A DNA stretch of 63,411 nt, filler included, from Octopus bimaculoides (GCF_001194135.2; 6 parts of 5 records of this genome joined end to end with filler, not necessarily neighbours in it), one strand, 5' to 3'. Shown: positions 11,605 to 24,733, numbered from the whole stretch's first letter. Made by a program: numbers and translations. Notes: a model not told the origin generated them from the letters alone.

Positions 11605-12590
11605 GTGAAGAAAGAAATATCGACGCCAATACTCTACGAAGAGTTTTCTTGCCAGGTCATCCATGCTGGGAGATTGTCGGAGGAATTCAGGGTCAACACG
11701 AGAGTTAGACAGGGCTGTTTGCTGTCACCGCTCCTGTTTCTCATCGTGCTGGACTAGGTCACCAGGACGGCCTACACTACCTTCGGGAAAGGTATTCAGT
11801 GGACACTGATGAACAAGCTGGAGGTCTTGGACTACGCAGATGATCTCGCGCTACTGTCACGTCGCCTGCAAGACATACAAGATAAGGTAGACCACTTGAG
11901 AGAAACTTCACGGCGAGTGGGCTTGAGGGTCAGCCAGGAAACGATAAAAGTGCTGCGTATCAACAACAAGCAGGAATAGCCAATCATAATCGAGGGGGCA
12001 CCTGTGGAGGACGTTAGTGAGTTTGTCTATCTTGGCAGCAAGATCAGCAAATCAGATGGGTCAGACGAGGACATCACTGCAAGAAGCAAGAAGGCTTGGC
12101 AAGCCTTCGCTATTCTTCGGCCAGTATAGAAGTCCACTGCCATCTCAAATCGAACTAAACTCCGCTTATTTAGCTCAAACGTAAAATCTGTTTCTTTTGT
12201 ATGGCTCTGAAACATGGAGAGCAACTACAAGAAAATCCAGACCTTCATCAACAAATGTCTCCGGCAGTTCCTCCATCTGAAGTAGTTCGACAGAGTGCCA
12301 AACACCGACCTGTGGGAAAGGGCCAACCAGGAGCCCATACATGTTCAGATTAGATGAAGGAAATGGAGATGGATCGGACATATACTGTGGAAAGAACCCT
12401 CAAATGACATGACAAGCACTTGACTGGAACCCGCAGGGGAAAAGGAAGCGAGACATGGAAGTGGAGCATTTTCGACGAGCTCAGGACCACCGGCCTGACT
12501 TGGGAAGCAGCCAAGAAACACGCCAACGACCGCAAAAAGTGGAAAATGACTGTTGAGGCTCTATGCTCCACAGGGGGCAAAAGGGATTAA
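11605..12590 (+). mobile_element. RTE-clade LINE, 5'-truncated RT fragment with stops and frameshifts
   Basis: VRQGCLLSPLLFLIVLD..LDYADDLALLS..EFVYLGSKI..LYGSETW; RT core and C-terminus typical of RTE; ends at gattaagagagaga. Confidence 0.92.
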
Positions 12591-12987
12591 GAGAGAGATA
12601 TTTATTTTTTCCAAAACAATAAAGGTCAATGCTGACCATATCCAGACTTGAAATGAGAGGGCAGAAACATATAACGCAAGCCATTCTACCTGGCGTTCTG
12701 CTACTTCTCTTCTGCTGCTTCTGACAGGCAGGATTTTAAAATAAAGGTCGGCTGTGTTCTCATTTCAATTTCTAGTCCGAAATGAAACTGATGTCACTTT
12801 GGGAAGAGATTTACTTTATCGACCAGGTTTAACGTCACTCCCTGATTCATGGGCGTTTTTACTACAGTCCCCTACAGACTTGTTGCTAAGAGAGCGTACT
12901 GGACAGCATTGCCCTCTTACTGTTCAATGGTGAACCCTCAGATTTATTCCACTTTAGTGACTCCACCATACCTATTACAAATTATTA

Positions 12988-13200
12988 AGGCGGTGAGCTG
13001 GCAGAATAGTTAGCACGCCGGGAAAAATGCTTAGCAGCATTTCATCTGTGTTTACGTTCTGGGTTCAAATACTGCCGGGGTTGGCTTTGCCTTTCATCCT
13101 TTCGGGGTCGATAAAATAAATACCAGCTAAACATTGGGGTCCATGTAATTGACGTACTCTTCTCCCGAAATTGCTGGCCCTGTGCCAAAATTTGAAGCTA
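12988..13200 (+). mobile_element. Family A SINE, full length
   Basis: ggcggtgagctggcagaa head, gcctttcatcctttcggggtcgataaa core, gccctgtgccaaaatttgaa tail. Confidence 0.88.
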
Positions 13201-13408
13201 TTATTACAAATTAGTTCCTACCCAGAATATTCCGATATTCTGAAGCACTCCCAGGCACCAAAGTCTGCCGATGGGCCTAGTACCCTGGTTGGTACTTCTA
13301 GCCCACTACCCAAGTTAAATATTACCATTTGCTTCAAAGATGCCTATAGTATAATCTCCTAGATGGGTAGATCAAATCCGTTACTCAGGTTTGAGTTCAC
13401 CACCTAGG

Positions 13409-13562
13409 TTATCTGGTGGCTTCTTTAGTGGAAGACCATCCTCTTATAAATACACACACTCGTTCTTCAACATGAAGATAAGAGACGCTGTTTTCTTCTT
13501 CTGGAAAGCATAGGTTGTGATATCTGCCGTCACCCATTTCTCTGGCACCAGTCGTAAAGGTT
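13409..13562 (-). CDS. Candidate terminal exon of an unidentified minus-strand gene
   Basis: ccttccgcag acceptor; phase 2 frame open to TAA (TFTTGAREMGDG..KEATR*); phase matches the donor at 14376. Weak pyrimidine tract, no homology recognised. Confidence 0.15.
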
Positions 13563-14375
13563 CTGCGGAAGGTTATTGGTGTTGCCATTTCTCTTCTTAG
13601 TAACCCATACAAATTTTTTGTGATTAATTCTTTTGAGAAAACTATTAGTATTTTATATATTTTTTGCATATTCCATGAATCTAACGTCTGGTGCATTGGT
13701 AAATATTAAAAAAAAAGCCAATATTTGTGAGACATTATGTCTATAGAATTCGCACATCAACATTCTGGCAGCTGTACAATATTTTTTTAAAGCATCTATT
13801 ACAGTTATTTCAGTCGGAATTGCGTTTAGACGTTATGGTTGTTTAACCCCCTGTCAATCACGATGGAATAGACAAACCTATAATTAAAGGTGTTGCTCAG
13901 ATATCTTGGACTCATCTGAATTTCATGGAATAAGGGAAAGTCTATCTAGGAATACGCTACACATTGTATATGTCCTGGTTGTTTTTAGGTGTGTTTAAGG
14001 TGTATTAGTTCTTGAGACAATTTTCATGAAACAGCTCCTGCTGGAACTCCAGTAGACTGATATTTTTTTTCTCCAAATACAATGACTTCATAAAAGTGTT
14101 CCGCAATAGTTCACGCTTCACAGATATTTCATTTGTTAAATTAATTCAAGTAGCAGTAATATAAGTGGGTCGACTACCGCAATTGATTGAATTTTCTTTC
14201 TCCTTCTCGCAGAATAAATAAAAGAATAAATCCATATTTATGAGATGCTGTCACTATTGATAAGACAACCCACTTCATCACTGAAGAATTCAATTCCAAA
14301 ACAATTTCAAGCTGGAATTTGATTCCACTAAAATTCTACAAGAACCAATCTGGATTTGTTTTGTTTTCCACTTAC

Positions 14376-14617
14376 TGATGAAAATCTATAATTCTTTGTA
14401 TTTTTCGATTCTTTGAAAAGAAATAAGAAAAAGAAAGAACAGAATAAAAAATAGCCCCAAAGAAAGAAACTGGCTGTGCCATAAACCCTAAAGACTCAAT
14501 GATAATATTCTTTCTGTTATAGATTGCATTCATATCAAAGTGATCAATAGCCTCCCCAGATACAACAGCTATATAAAATGGCATTTCATCCTGTTTAACA
14601 CTTCTTGACTGTCCAAG
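14376..14617 (-). CDS. Candidate coding exon (242 nt) of an unidentified minus-strand gene
   Basis: tttatttatccag acceptor and GTAAGTG donor bound a stop-free frame LGQSRSVKQDEMPFYIAVVSGEAIDHFDMNAIYNRKNIIIESLG..FH; no homology recognised. Confidence 0.3.
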
Positions 14618-14782
14618 CTGGATAAATAAACCAAATAAAACACATAAACACACGCGCACAGACGCATGTGTGTGCGTGCACGTGGAAATATATAAATATA
14701 TACACACATACATGCATATATATGTATGTTCATAGATTTATGTATGCGTGTATATATATATGTATATATATATATATATAGT

Positions 14783-14827
<45 letters not shown>

Positions 14828-15210
14828 ATACACACATATAAACTTATACATATACACATACGTATATACAGACAAATGCATTTCTGCTTTCATACTCATA
14901 CGTACAGACACACATAAAATAGAAAGAGAGAAATAGACCGAACGACGGAGAGACAGAAATAATGAGAAGGATATTATACATATATACACATTTACATATG
15001 TGTATATAAGTATATGTACATATATAATTATGTGAATATATATGTATGTGTGTTTAGTAGCCACACCACCTCCCCCAGTCAATAACAACAACAACAACGA
15101 CAACGGCGAACCAATACAATTTTCTTTTTTCAATATCTAGTTTAAATTTCTTCAATGCGTACATACATAGCACACACACACATATATATATCCATAAATA
15201 TATATGTATC

Positions 15211-15315
<105 letters not shown>

Positions 15316-15879
15316 GCACGAATATATGTATGTATATATGTATATAATGTATGTATGTATATATGTGTAGCATCAACTTGACATTACAACTATAACAGAC
15401 CATAAAAAACATATGTAAGAGACAAATAAAGTAACATTGTTTTTTCTCTTATCCTGTCACATGATATATCGTCTGCTTTTACCATTTTTTGATACGATAT
15501 ACTGGCCTGTTTCCTAAATATATCTCTTCACTTGGCCTTTCCCTCTCTCCTCTTCCTCATACTCCGTTAACAGTGTCTGTTTCTCTTCTCCACCACCTTC
15601 GCTTCATTTCGCTATAATGTCACTTATCCATCTCCACCTTCTCTTCACCTGCCCAAACGATCTGTCTCTTCTTCATACTTCTATGTCCTCTATCTATTTG
15701 TGAACATATACATACACCTTACATACGCACAACTAATTTAATAAGATGTACATAAGCATATACACAGGAAGAAACTATTTTTTACCACAGAAACTAGCAG
15801 GTTTAACGGTATACAGTACCGAATACTTTGTAGTTTACTCTTTAGTATTTAATAAATGAGAATCGAAGATCTTTTAAAA

Positions 15880-16700
15880 CAGTTCACCCTATTAACAACA
15901 TACTCTGACTAACATCTTTGAATTCTAGAAATTATCATATTTTCAAACAGTCAATCATATTTGAAAATATTCCGCCATACTGTATGGCATTCTATTATAT
16001 TTTCTCAATGGTCAGCCATATTTTGATACCGGCCACCACTTTTTCAGACTAACCAGCTTTTTCTCAGATTCCGGCATATTTTTAGAGACTGTTATATTTT
16101 CGAATTGTTAAATATATTATCAAGTAGTTTAACTTTTATCATTTGTATTTTTTTATTCAGCCATTGAGCTGCAGCTATGCTGGAGCACTGACTTTATGGG
16201 TTTAGTCGAACAAATCTACCCAACGACTTATTTTTTAAGCCTGCTACATATTTTATCTACTACTTTGTCGAACCGTTAGATAACGGGGACTTAAACACAC
16301 CCACACTGGTTGTCGAGCGGTGATGGTGGATAAATGCAACACAAGCACAATGACTTACACGCACATACACATGACTGTCTTTTAAATCCCTTAACAAAGC
16401 TTTGGTCAGTCCGAGGTTATTGTACGAGTTATGTGTTCAAGATACTACACAGTAGGACTGAACTCAAGACTGTATGGTTGCGAAGCCAGCTTCTCATTCA
16501 CACAAACACATCTACGCCTGAAATATTTGTACGCATATGCTTAACTAGACCACCATATTTTCAAATAGACTATCATATTTTTCAATATTCCATCGTGTTT
16601 TCAATCAGATCACCAATTTTCTAAACAGTTCACCATATTTTGTTGACGATACTTTCAAACAGTCGCTATATTTCTAACAAGTCCGCCATATTTTCAAACC
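15880..16700 (+). repeat. Degenerate ~19-20-bp minisatellite split by a SINE
   Basis: Variants of cagtcaccatattttcaaa recur at 15930-16110 and 16545-16700 on either side of the SINE at 16150-16510. Confidence 0.7.
16150..16510 (-). mobile_element. Family B SINE
   Basis: atgctggagcact tail, gaaccgttagataacgggg body, caaagctttggtcagtccgagg..aggactgaactcaagactgtatggttgcgaagc head. Confidence 0.75.
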
Positions 16701-17173
16701 GAAACGCTGTAATTGAAGCAGAAAATTAGATGAGAAATGTCACGAGTTTATTTAGTCTAACATAATTACAGATGTTATATGACTACATTGTTGTTCATAG
16801 GAGGAAGTTAAGCTAGTCATGTGTGTATGAAGGTTGTACTTAGGAGTGTACACATCAAGGTGTGTATATATTATACACACGACCGCATATACTGGAGTTC
16901 TATTACGTGGTGTGAACCAGTACATTTTCTCTCATATATAAAACCACAAACATATATACACAGGCACACGCACATATGCATATAAACAAATGTGTGTGAT
17001 GCCTTAAATGTGTTTGTGCATATGTATGTATATGTGTGTATGGGTAGACTTTCGTGACTTGTCACAGGAGTCATATTCGCAACAATATACATACATATAT
17101 AATTTGCAAACACACACACACACATACACACACATGCACATACATAGATAAGTATATATCCTTTAAATTTGTT

Positions 17174-17279
17174 TACGGGAAACGTTTTGAATATGCGTAT
17201 AAAAGCACCTATTCATCAGGCTGTAGCTAACGTAATAGAACAGGAGCATTTTATATGCATATTGAAAACGTTTCGCGTA
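17174..17279. repeat. ~105-nt imperfect hairpin
   Basis: 17174-17214 pairs with 17238-17279 (tacgggaaacgttttgaatatgcgtataaaagcacctattc vs reverse complement tacgcgaaacgttttcaatatgcatataaaatgctcctgttc). Confidence 0.75.
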
Positions 17280-17331
17280 GACAAACTTAAAAAGAACGTG
17301 TCAGTGTATATGCATGAATAGTATGCATCAA

Positions 17332-17770
17332 GAATGGCTGTGTGGTTAAAGAAGTCTGCTTCATAACCACTGGTTGCGGGTTCAGTACCATTGCGTGGAA
17401 CCATGGGCAAGTGTTTCTTGTATAGTCACGGGCAACCAAAGCCCTGTGAGTGGATTTGGCAGATAGAAACTGAAAAAAAGTCCGTCCTATATATAAATAA
17501 TATATATACATCTATGTATGTGTGTGAGTGTGCACGCGTTCGTGTGTGTGTGTGTGTGTATGTGTTTGTGTTTATGTTAGTACCTCACCACCGCTTGACG
17601 ACCGGTGTTGGTTTGTTTACATTTCTGTAACTTAGTGGTTCGGAAAGAGAGACCCAGAAAGCACCAGGCTTAAATGCAAAATAATGTAAGCCTGTCGACT
17701 CCTTCGACTAAACCCTTGAAAACAATGCTCCAGCATGGCTACAAACGAATGACTGAAACGGCAAAAAGGC
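17332..17770 (+). mobile_element. Family B SINE, full length, with internal (TA)/(TG) microsatellite
   Basis: tggctgtgtggtt A-box, gggttcagtacc B-box, gtgagtggatttggcaga body, internal TA/TG repeats, gctccagcatggct..atgactgaaac tail. Confidence 0.88.
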
Positions 17771-18408
17771 TGTAAGGCAAAATATATCTATCTATGGCTA
17801 CACGCACACACACATGTATACATACACGCATACATAAGTATATAGATGTATATATGTATGTATATATATATNNNNNNNNNNNNNNNNNNNNNNNNNNNNN
17901 NNNNNNNNNNNNNNNNNNNNNNNNNNNNNNNNNNNNNNNNNNNNNNNNNNNNNNNNNNNNNNNNNNNNNNNNNNNNNNNNNNNNNNNNNNNNNNNNNNNN
18001 NNNNNNNNNNNNNNNNNNNNNNNNNNNNNNNNNNNNNNNNNNNNNNNNNNNNNNNNNNNNNNNNNNNNNNNNNNNNNNNNNNNNNNNNNNNNNNNNNNNN
18101 NNNNNNNNNNNNNNNNNNNNNNNNNNNNNNNNNNNNNNNNNNNNNNNNNNNNNNNNNNNNNNNNNNNNNNNNNNNNNNNNNNNNNNNNNNNNNNNNNNNN
18201 NNNNNNNNNNNNNNNNNNNNNNNNNNNNNNNNNNNNNNNNNNNNNNNNNNNNNNNNNNNNNNNNNNNNNNNNNNNNNNNNNNNNNNNNNNNNNNNNNNNN
18301 NNNNNNNNNNNNNNNNNNNNNNNNNNNNNNNNNNNNNNNNNNNNNNNNNNNNNNNNNNNNNNNNNNNNNNNNNNNNNNNNNNNNNNNNNNNNNNNNNNNN
18401 NNNNNNNN

Positions 18409-18443
<35 letters not shown>

Positions 18444-19024
18444 ATGGAGTGATCGAAAAAAAAATGTGTTTATATTCCCTTTGGGAAGTATTCGGAACGT
18501 GTTTTTTGAAGCAGTAAGAGCTTAGAACAACAGAATGTTATGAAATGAGAGAATATATAAACTACAGAATATAAAAATATAAAATATAGTAAAATAATAA
18601 TGTAAAAAGATGAAAAAAAATAAAGAATAAAAGAATAAACGAAAAAAATGGAAATAAATATATAAACAAGAAAATGAAAAATGACGATGTGTAAGATGCT
18701 AAAATTGTTTTCGCTATATGGAACGTGAATAGAAAGGAAGTATATAGATATTGCATAAAAAACGTCGCAGCTTCTCTCCCTTAGAGTAATTTGCATCTAT
18801 AAATATAGGAATGCAAACCATTTGGCTAATGAAACTAGAAATGATATAAAATGATAAAATGCCCTTGCAATAACTGGATCAAATGTTATAAATTTAGCAC
18901 TTAGATGCAATGGGAAAAAAACAAATAAATACGAACGCTTGATAATATGTATTCGTTTGACATTCTCTGTAAATAAAACTACCGAAATACCAACAGGTAA
19001 GCGCGCGCACACACACGCACACAC

Positions 19025-19056
<32 letters not shown>

Positions 19057-19293
19057 TTATGCACACACTCACACACAAACACACAATACCCCCCACACGC
19101 ACAGCCCAACACCATACCACTCACTATTCCATTCTTCGATTCGTAGTCATGACATCATGTGTTCGATCCACATATACCTTTTTTAAATAGTCATGTGTCC
19201 AACCAAAGCATTGAGAGTGGAATTGTTCAAAGGAAAACTGGATCGAAGCCATTCGTGCGGATATTATCAGTAATCGAAAAGAAACCTCGTTAT

Positions 19294-19500
<207 letters not shown>

Positions 19501-19521
19501 ATTATTATTATACTGTTTTAG

Positions 19522-20330
19522 TACTGATGTTAGAATGGAATTTGGACTCAAGAAGTGCAGAGTGGCCTACCAAAACAGAAGCAAGGTACAGTCCCAAGCA
19601 GGGATAGAATTACTGAACAGGGACTTGATTAAGCAAATTGAAGTGGAAGTATACAAATACCTTGGTGTACTAGAGTGCAACGAGATAATGGAAAACGAAA
19701 TGAAAGAGCAACTGAAGATGGAGTATTTCCGAAGACTGAGGTTAGTGCTTCGCTCAAAATTGACTGGATGGGATGAAATCTAAGCAGTTAATATGTGGGC
19801 GATAGCATATCTTCGGTATGGAGCGGGAATTATAAAATGGCAAAAGGGAGAAATGAATAAATGGACAGCAAGATCAGAAAAATTTTGACAGTACATGGAG
19901 CCTTCCACTCGTGTGGAAGTCAACCTCGGCGGAATTTGAACGCAGAACATAGTGATAGATGAAATACAGCTAAGCATTTCGCCCGGTCTGCTAACAATTC
20001 TGCCAGCTCGAATAATACTACTACTAATAACAACAACAACAACAATCGTAATAATAATAATAATTATAGACCGATAGGCTGTACTTGACCAGAAGAAAGG
20101 GTGGAAGAGGCCTGATTAGTTTCCAGGACTGTATCGAAGCAGAGGAAAACAGCCTAGGTATATAAAAAATGCCGTGCAGCCGCTGTTGAAACACACGAAG
20201 ACCGGCGTCGTCAAAACTGAAAATTGTGTTACTAAAGAAAAAATTAAACAAGAAATGAACAAAAAAAAGAAAAAAAAAGTAAAAGCACGGAAGGAAAAAC
20301 AATGTACACACGCAAATATTAAAGATGATA
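19522..20330 (+). mobile_element. R4/Dong-type LINE internal fragment interrupted by a SINE and microsatellite
   Basis: MEFGLKKC..YKYLGVLE..EYFRRLRLVLRSKL..GAFH, resuming at ~20070 with DRLYLTRRKGGRGLIS. Confidence 0.85.
19912..20010 (-). mobile_element. Family A SINE 5' half inside the R4-type fragment
   Basis: aagtcaacctcggcggaatttgaacgcagaac..ctgccagctcg. Confidence 0.85.
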
Positions 20331-20367
20331 CACTCAAGAGATTCTCAAGAATTCATTAAAAAACAGT

Positions 20368-20680
20368 CCCAATCACTGCTATAATCGACAACGAGCCACT
20401 TTTAGGTCACTTGACCATTTAACATCCTACTACTATCATACCACGTACATTCCTTTCTTATTCTCCCTTCTCTTTCTCCTTCTTCTTCTTCGTCTTCTTC
20501 CTCTCTGCCACCTCCTTCCTAACTTTACTACTATTGTTGTTTATAATAACACCTATGCAAGTTGTATAAACAATATGTTCAAAAGAGGTGTCTCAAGAAT
20601 TCAATCACTATTACCATCCACAACAAGCCACTTTCAGGGCACTTGACCATTTAACATCCTACTACTACCATGGCACTCCC
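20368..20680 (+). repeat. Local direct duplication, ~230-bp period
   Basis: caatcact..caac(g/a)agccacttt..cacttgaccatttaacatcctactacta occurs at ~20370-20440 and ~20600-20670, each followed by TTC/TCC-rich repeat. Confidence 0.8.
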
Positions 20681-21028
20681 GCATCCTCCTCCTCCTCCTC
20701 CTCCTTCTTCTTCTTCTTCTTCTTCTTCTTCTTCTTCCTCCCTGCCAAGAATTCACAACGACCTCGAACCAACAAGAGTAAACAAGAAAGACAGAGACAG
20801 ACAAAAACAAGGAAAATGCCCCTTGTATATGAATACTATGCGAATGTTCTTTTAAAAAACTCTTCTTTTAATTTTACCAAAATTTAATTGTTTTCCATAC
20901 TTACAGTTGAAAAAGTCTCAATGACTGAAACCGGTACTGAAATGTTTTTAATAAAATTATTTTAGCATTTTTTATCTTGACATTTTTTTTCCATATATAT
21001 CAACTCACGTGTTCCTTTTCAACCTTCT

Positions 21029-21064
<36 letters not shown>

Positions 21065-21126
21065 GAAATTATTATTATTATTACGATTGTTGTTGTTGTT
21101 ATTATTATTATTAGTAGTAGTATTAT

Positions 21127-21335
21127 TCGAGCTGGCAGAATCGTTAGCAGGCCGGGCGAAATGCTTGGCTGTATTTTATCTGTCACTATGTTCTGCGTTC
21201 AAATTCCGCCGAAGTTGACTTTGCCTTTCATCCTTTCAGGGTCGATAAATTAAGTGCCAATGAAACACTGGGGTCGATGTAATCGACTAGCCTCCTCCTC
21301 AACAATTTCAGGCCTTGTGCCTATAGTAGAAGAAT
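21127..21335 (+). mobile_element. Family A SINE, full length
   Basis: cgagctggcagaatcgttagc head through ggccttgtgcctatagtagaa tail. Confidence 0.9.
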
Positions 21336-21423
21336 TAATTATTATTATTATTATTATTTTATTTATCTATTGCACACAGGAAGCTAAGCATAAAAGGGAC
21401 AAACAAGGACAAAAGAATTAAGT

Positions 21424-21690
21424 TGATTACATCGACCCCAGTGCGTAACTGGTACTTATTTAATCGACCCCGAAAGGATGAAAGGCAGAGTCGACCTCGG
21501 CGGAATTTGAACTCAGAACGTAACAAAGGGCAAAATGTCGCTAAGCATTTCGCCCGTCGCTACGTTCTGAGTTCAAACTCCGCCGAATTTGACTTTGCCT
21601 TTTATCCTTTCGGAGTATCAATAAATTAAGTACCAGTGAAATATTGGAGTCGAATTTCAGGCCTTGTGCTTATAATATAAATGATTGATA
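21424..21690. mobile_element. Head-to-head fusion of two family A SINEs
   Basis: Minus copy 21424-~21565 joins a plus copy starting ctacgttctgagttcaaactccgccg at ~21560; both lack the extreme 5' end. Confidence 0.85.
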
Positions 21691-21694
21691 TTAC

Positions 21695-21746
<52 letters not shown>

Positions 21747-21756
21747 GTTATTATTA

Positions 21757-21970
21757 AGGCGATGAGCTAGCAGAATCGCTACCGTGCCAAGCAAATGCTC
21801 AGCGCCATTTCACCCATTTTCATATTCTCAACTCAAATTCTGACGAGGTCTACTTTGTCTTTCAAATTTTCGGTATCGAGAAAATAAGTACCAGTTGAAC
21901 ACTGGGGATCGATGTAAACGACTTACCCCTCCAACGAGCTGGCTGGCCTTGTGCCGAAAGTTGAAATCAA
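21757..21970 (+). mobile_element. Family A SINE, degenerate full length
   Basis: aaggcgatgagctagcagaatcg..aagtaccagttgaacactgggg..ggccttgtgccgaaagttgaa. Confidence 0.8.
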
Positions 21971-22829
21971 TATTTAAATCACTTTCGTTTGTTGTTAAAG
22001 GTTTTTATTTTTATCCCCGACTTTTAATGAAAATGACGATACCTCAATTTTAAAGGTAATTTATGGACACCTGATGTATGTTGTAATTTAACAGTTTTTA
22101 AATATTTACTCCAGTGGTGAAATAGTTATCTAAACTCTGAAAGATTTACAACGCAATATTTTGAGCGTTTTTCATCGGCAACGAAAGAAATATGGAGAGC
22201 AACGATATCTGAATGCCTTTAATGTTACATCTCTAAATCTAAAAATCCCTAGTCGCGAAGAATTGTTTAAAACACTCAAATGAAACACTACATAAATCTG
22301 AATAAATACAGTACTTCCATAAATGGCAATCATTGCCAAATTGAGAGGTTGTTCTTTTTTAAAGCTTGCATCGATTTTTGATTTATTCTTCAGAATAATT
22401 TACCTTATACAATTCCAGAGACACATCTTTTCTAAGAACTATGGTTTGCTTTGTTATACTGCCAGGATAGTTTTAAATGACAAAGGACAAACTATCTATC
22501 TCGTTTTACTATAGATTTTATACTTGTTGCTTTTATTTGACATTTCTCAGTAGAATGGAACTTAAACGTCATTCTACAACATTAATCTCTTTTGACCATT
22601 CATCTTCCCCACCTCCTCTCTCTCTGCTTACGGGTCACTGTGCTACTGATCTGTGAGTCTTACAACTTTAATTATCCAATGTTTAGGACACTTTTATGGC
22701 GATCTCTTGATGGTTCAGGTTTTGTCAGACCAAGCCTGAAGACATTTTATGCCTTCAAAACTCCTTATGTTGAATTACTATAAAATATAGAAGCATGCCT
22801 AACAACAAAACTGCCAATCTACCTCAATA

Positions 22830-23265
22830 TCTTCCTACCTAACTACGTACCTGACTCTGTACGTACTTACCAACTTACCAATCAACTTTTTACCTACCTA
22901 CCTACCTACCTATACCTATTTACCTTCCTTCCTACCTACCTACCTACCTACCTACCTACCTACCTACCTACTTACCTACCTACCTACCTACCTGCCTACC
23001 TACCTACCTACATGCATATCTATCACCCTACCTCCCTACTTCCTCATCTATCTATCTACCTGTCCACCTTTACTCTTACCTATCTAGTTACCTACTTATC
23101 TACTTACGAACTAACCTGCCTACCTACCTTCAAGCCTACTTACTTATCTATATACCTACTTNNNNNNNNNNGTTACCTACTTATCTACTTACGAACTAAC
23201 CTGCCTACCTACCTTCAAGCCTACTTACTTATCTATATACCTACTTATCTACCTACCTGTTTTTC
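22830..23265 (+). repeat. (TACC)n-derived degenerate microsatellite
   Basis: ctac/ctat tetramer array; the block at ~23080-23160 is repeated across a 10-N gap. Confidence 0.9.
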
Positions 23266-23305
23266 CGCCTGCTTACTGGTAAAATAATGGTGTCGATTTA
23301 CTCAC

Positions 23306-23387
23306 CTGTACACCCTCAAAATAAATACTGATCTCATCAAAATATACCAGTGCCCTTTCTAAGGCATCATATGAAGTTTCTTTATGT
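23306..23387 (-). CDS. Candidate coding exon (82 nt; alternative upstream acceptor at 23443)
   Basis: GTGAGTAA donor at 23305; ctacaacctacag acceptor; single open frame HKETSYDALERALVYFDEISIYFEGVQ ending in phase 0, compatible with 14617. Confidence 0.3.
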
Positions 23388-24148
23388 CTGTAGGTTGTAG
23401 AAACAATAGTCAAATCTCCTTCGAATCACAAATCCTGCTGTCTCTTAAACAGAAAAAGAGAAAAGGGTAATGTGATCATAGATGGTCAAGGTTGAGCCAT
23501 CTTTGGTTATAAATTTGCTCAAAGTTTGGCTCGGGAATAAGCAAGAACATAAATGACAACAGCAGCAGCAGCATTTTCGAACCAACCAGCAAGCTCCTAC
23601 GTGGTCGCTATGCATGTCAGAAACAGAAACCAAATCTTTCATTCATATACTATAACTTTTTTAAAAAGCACTGGACACGTTTACTTCTACATAACACCTA
23701 GCAGGTGGGTTTGTCACAGAAAGGGAGATCTGGCTGTTATTTCTAACAGATCTGATGACCACATAGAACTTCTCTCACTGGCTTGTACCTCAGATTATCC
23801 CTTAGCCACGCTTTAATGTTTCCACGTCACTGAGTGCCAGTAATATGTTGTATACTCTCAATCCATCTATCAAAACAATTTGACCGCAAAACTAGGCTTC
23901 GCTGATGAGGACTGAAAAGACAGAATCACATCTAGAGTAGTCTGTAGTGCTATAGATCCCATTAGCTCCATACTGGAATAGTTTTTTAAATAATGGTAAA
24001 ATAAAATTAAATTCTGTGACTTTCACCTTTGATCTTCCATACGAACAATTATTCCTCAAGATATTGGCGGTGCTCTCTTAATTACAGGTAAAAATTTAAT
24101 TATTAGTAATTAATTGTCTCATTATCTTTACTAAGACTTAACTCTCTC

Positions 24149-24201
<53 letters not shown>

Positions 24202-24684
24202 TTTGCAACGTTGTTCTGTTAACGGGGAAGTAATTATTCATAGAAAACAGCTTATAATAAACACTAAAATCGTAGCAAGAAAAACAGCAACAACAAAAAT
24301 AATAGCAACAGTAACAACAAAATTAACATCAAGAAGAAGAAGAAGAAGAAGAAGAAGAAGAAGAAGAAGAACAACAACAACAACAACAGCAACAACAATG
24401 AATATGATTACAACAAAAACGGTTCTACATGATTCCATAAAAGTGTTTTTTTCCTCATCATTTTTCAAGTTCAGTCAAAGGCATAAAGTCACAATAACAA
24501 TAGATTTCAAAAAGGAAAAATTAACTATGAAAAAAAAAAAAATTGCTGTCTTTGATATTTTGTTTAATTATAAAACAGATTATGGGCATAAATATGTATA
24601 TTTCCGCCATTTTATGAAAAAAAGCAAAAAATGCTGTCTTTTGTTTTTAGTCTTCTTCCGGTCGGCACTTTGGAATCAACCAAC

Positions 24685-24733
<49 letters not shown>

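Noticed and set aside
13380-14150. Protein-like minus-strand frames (EPLRLVPEKWVTADITTYAF; VFGEKKYQSTGVPAG)
   Set aside because: Interrupted by stops and not assignable to any family by eye; needs a translated profile search.
23078-23245. Exact ~75-bp direct repeat in the TACC array
   Set aside because: The copies flank a 10-N gap and are identical: unmerged contig overlap.
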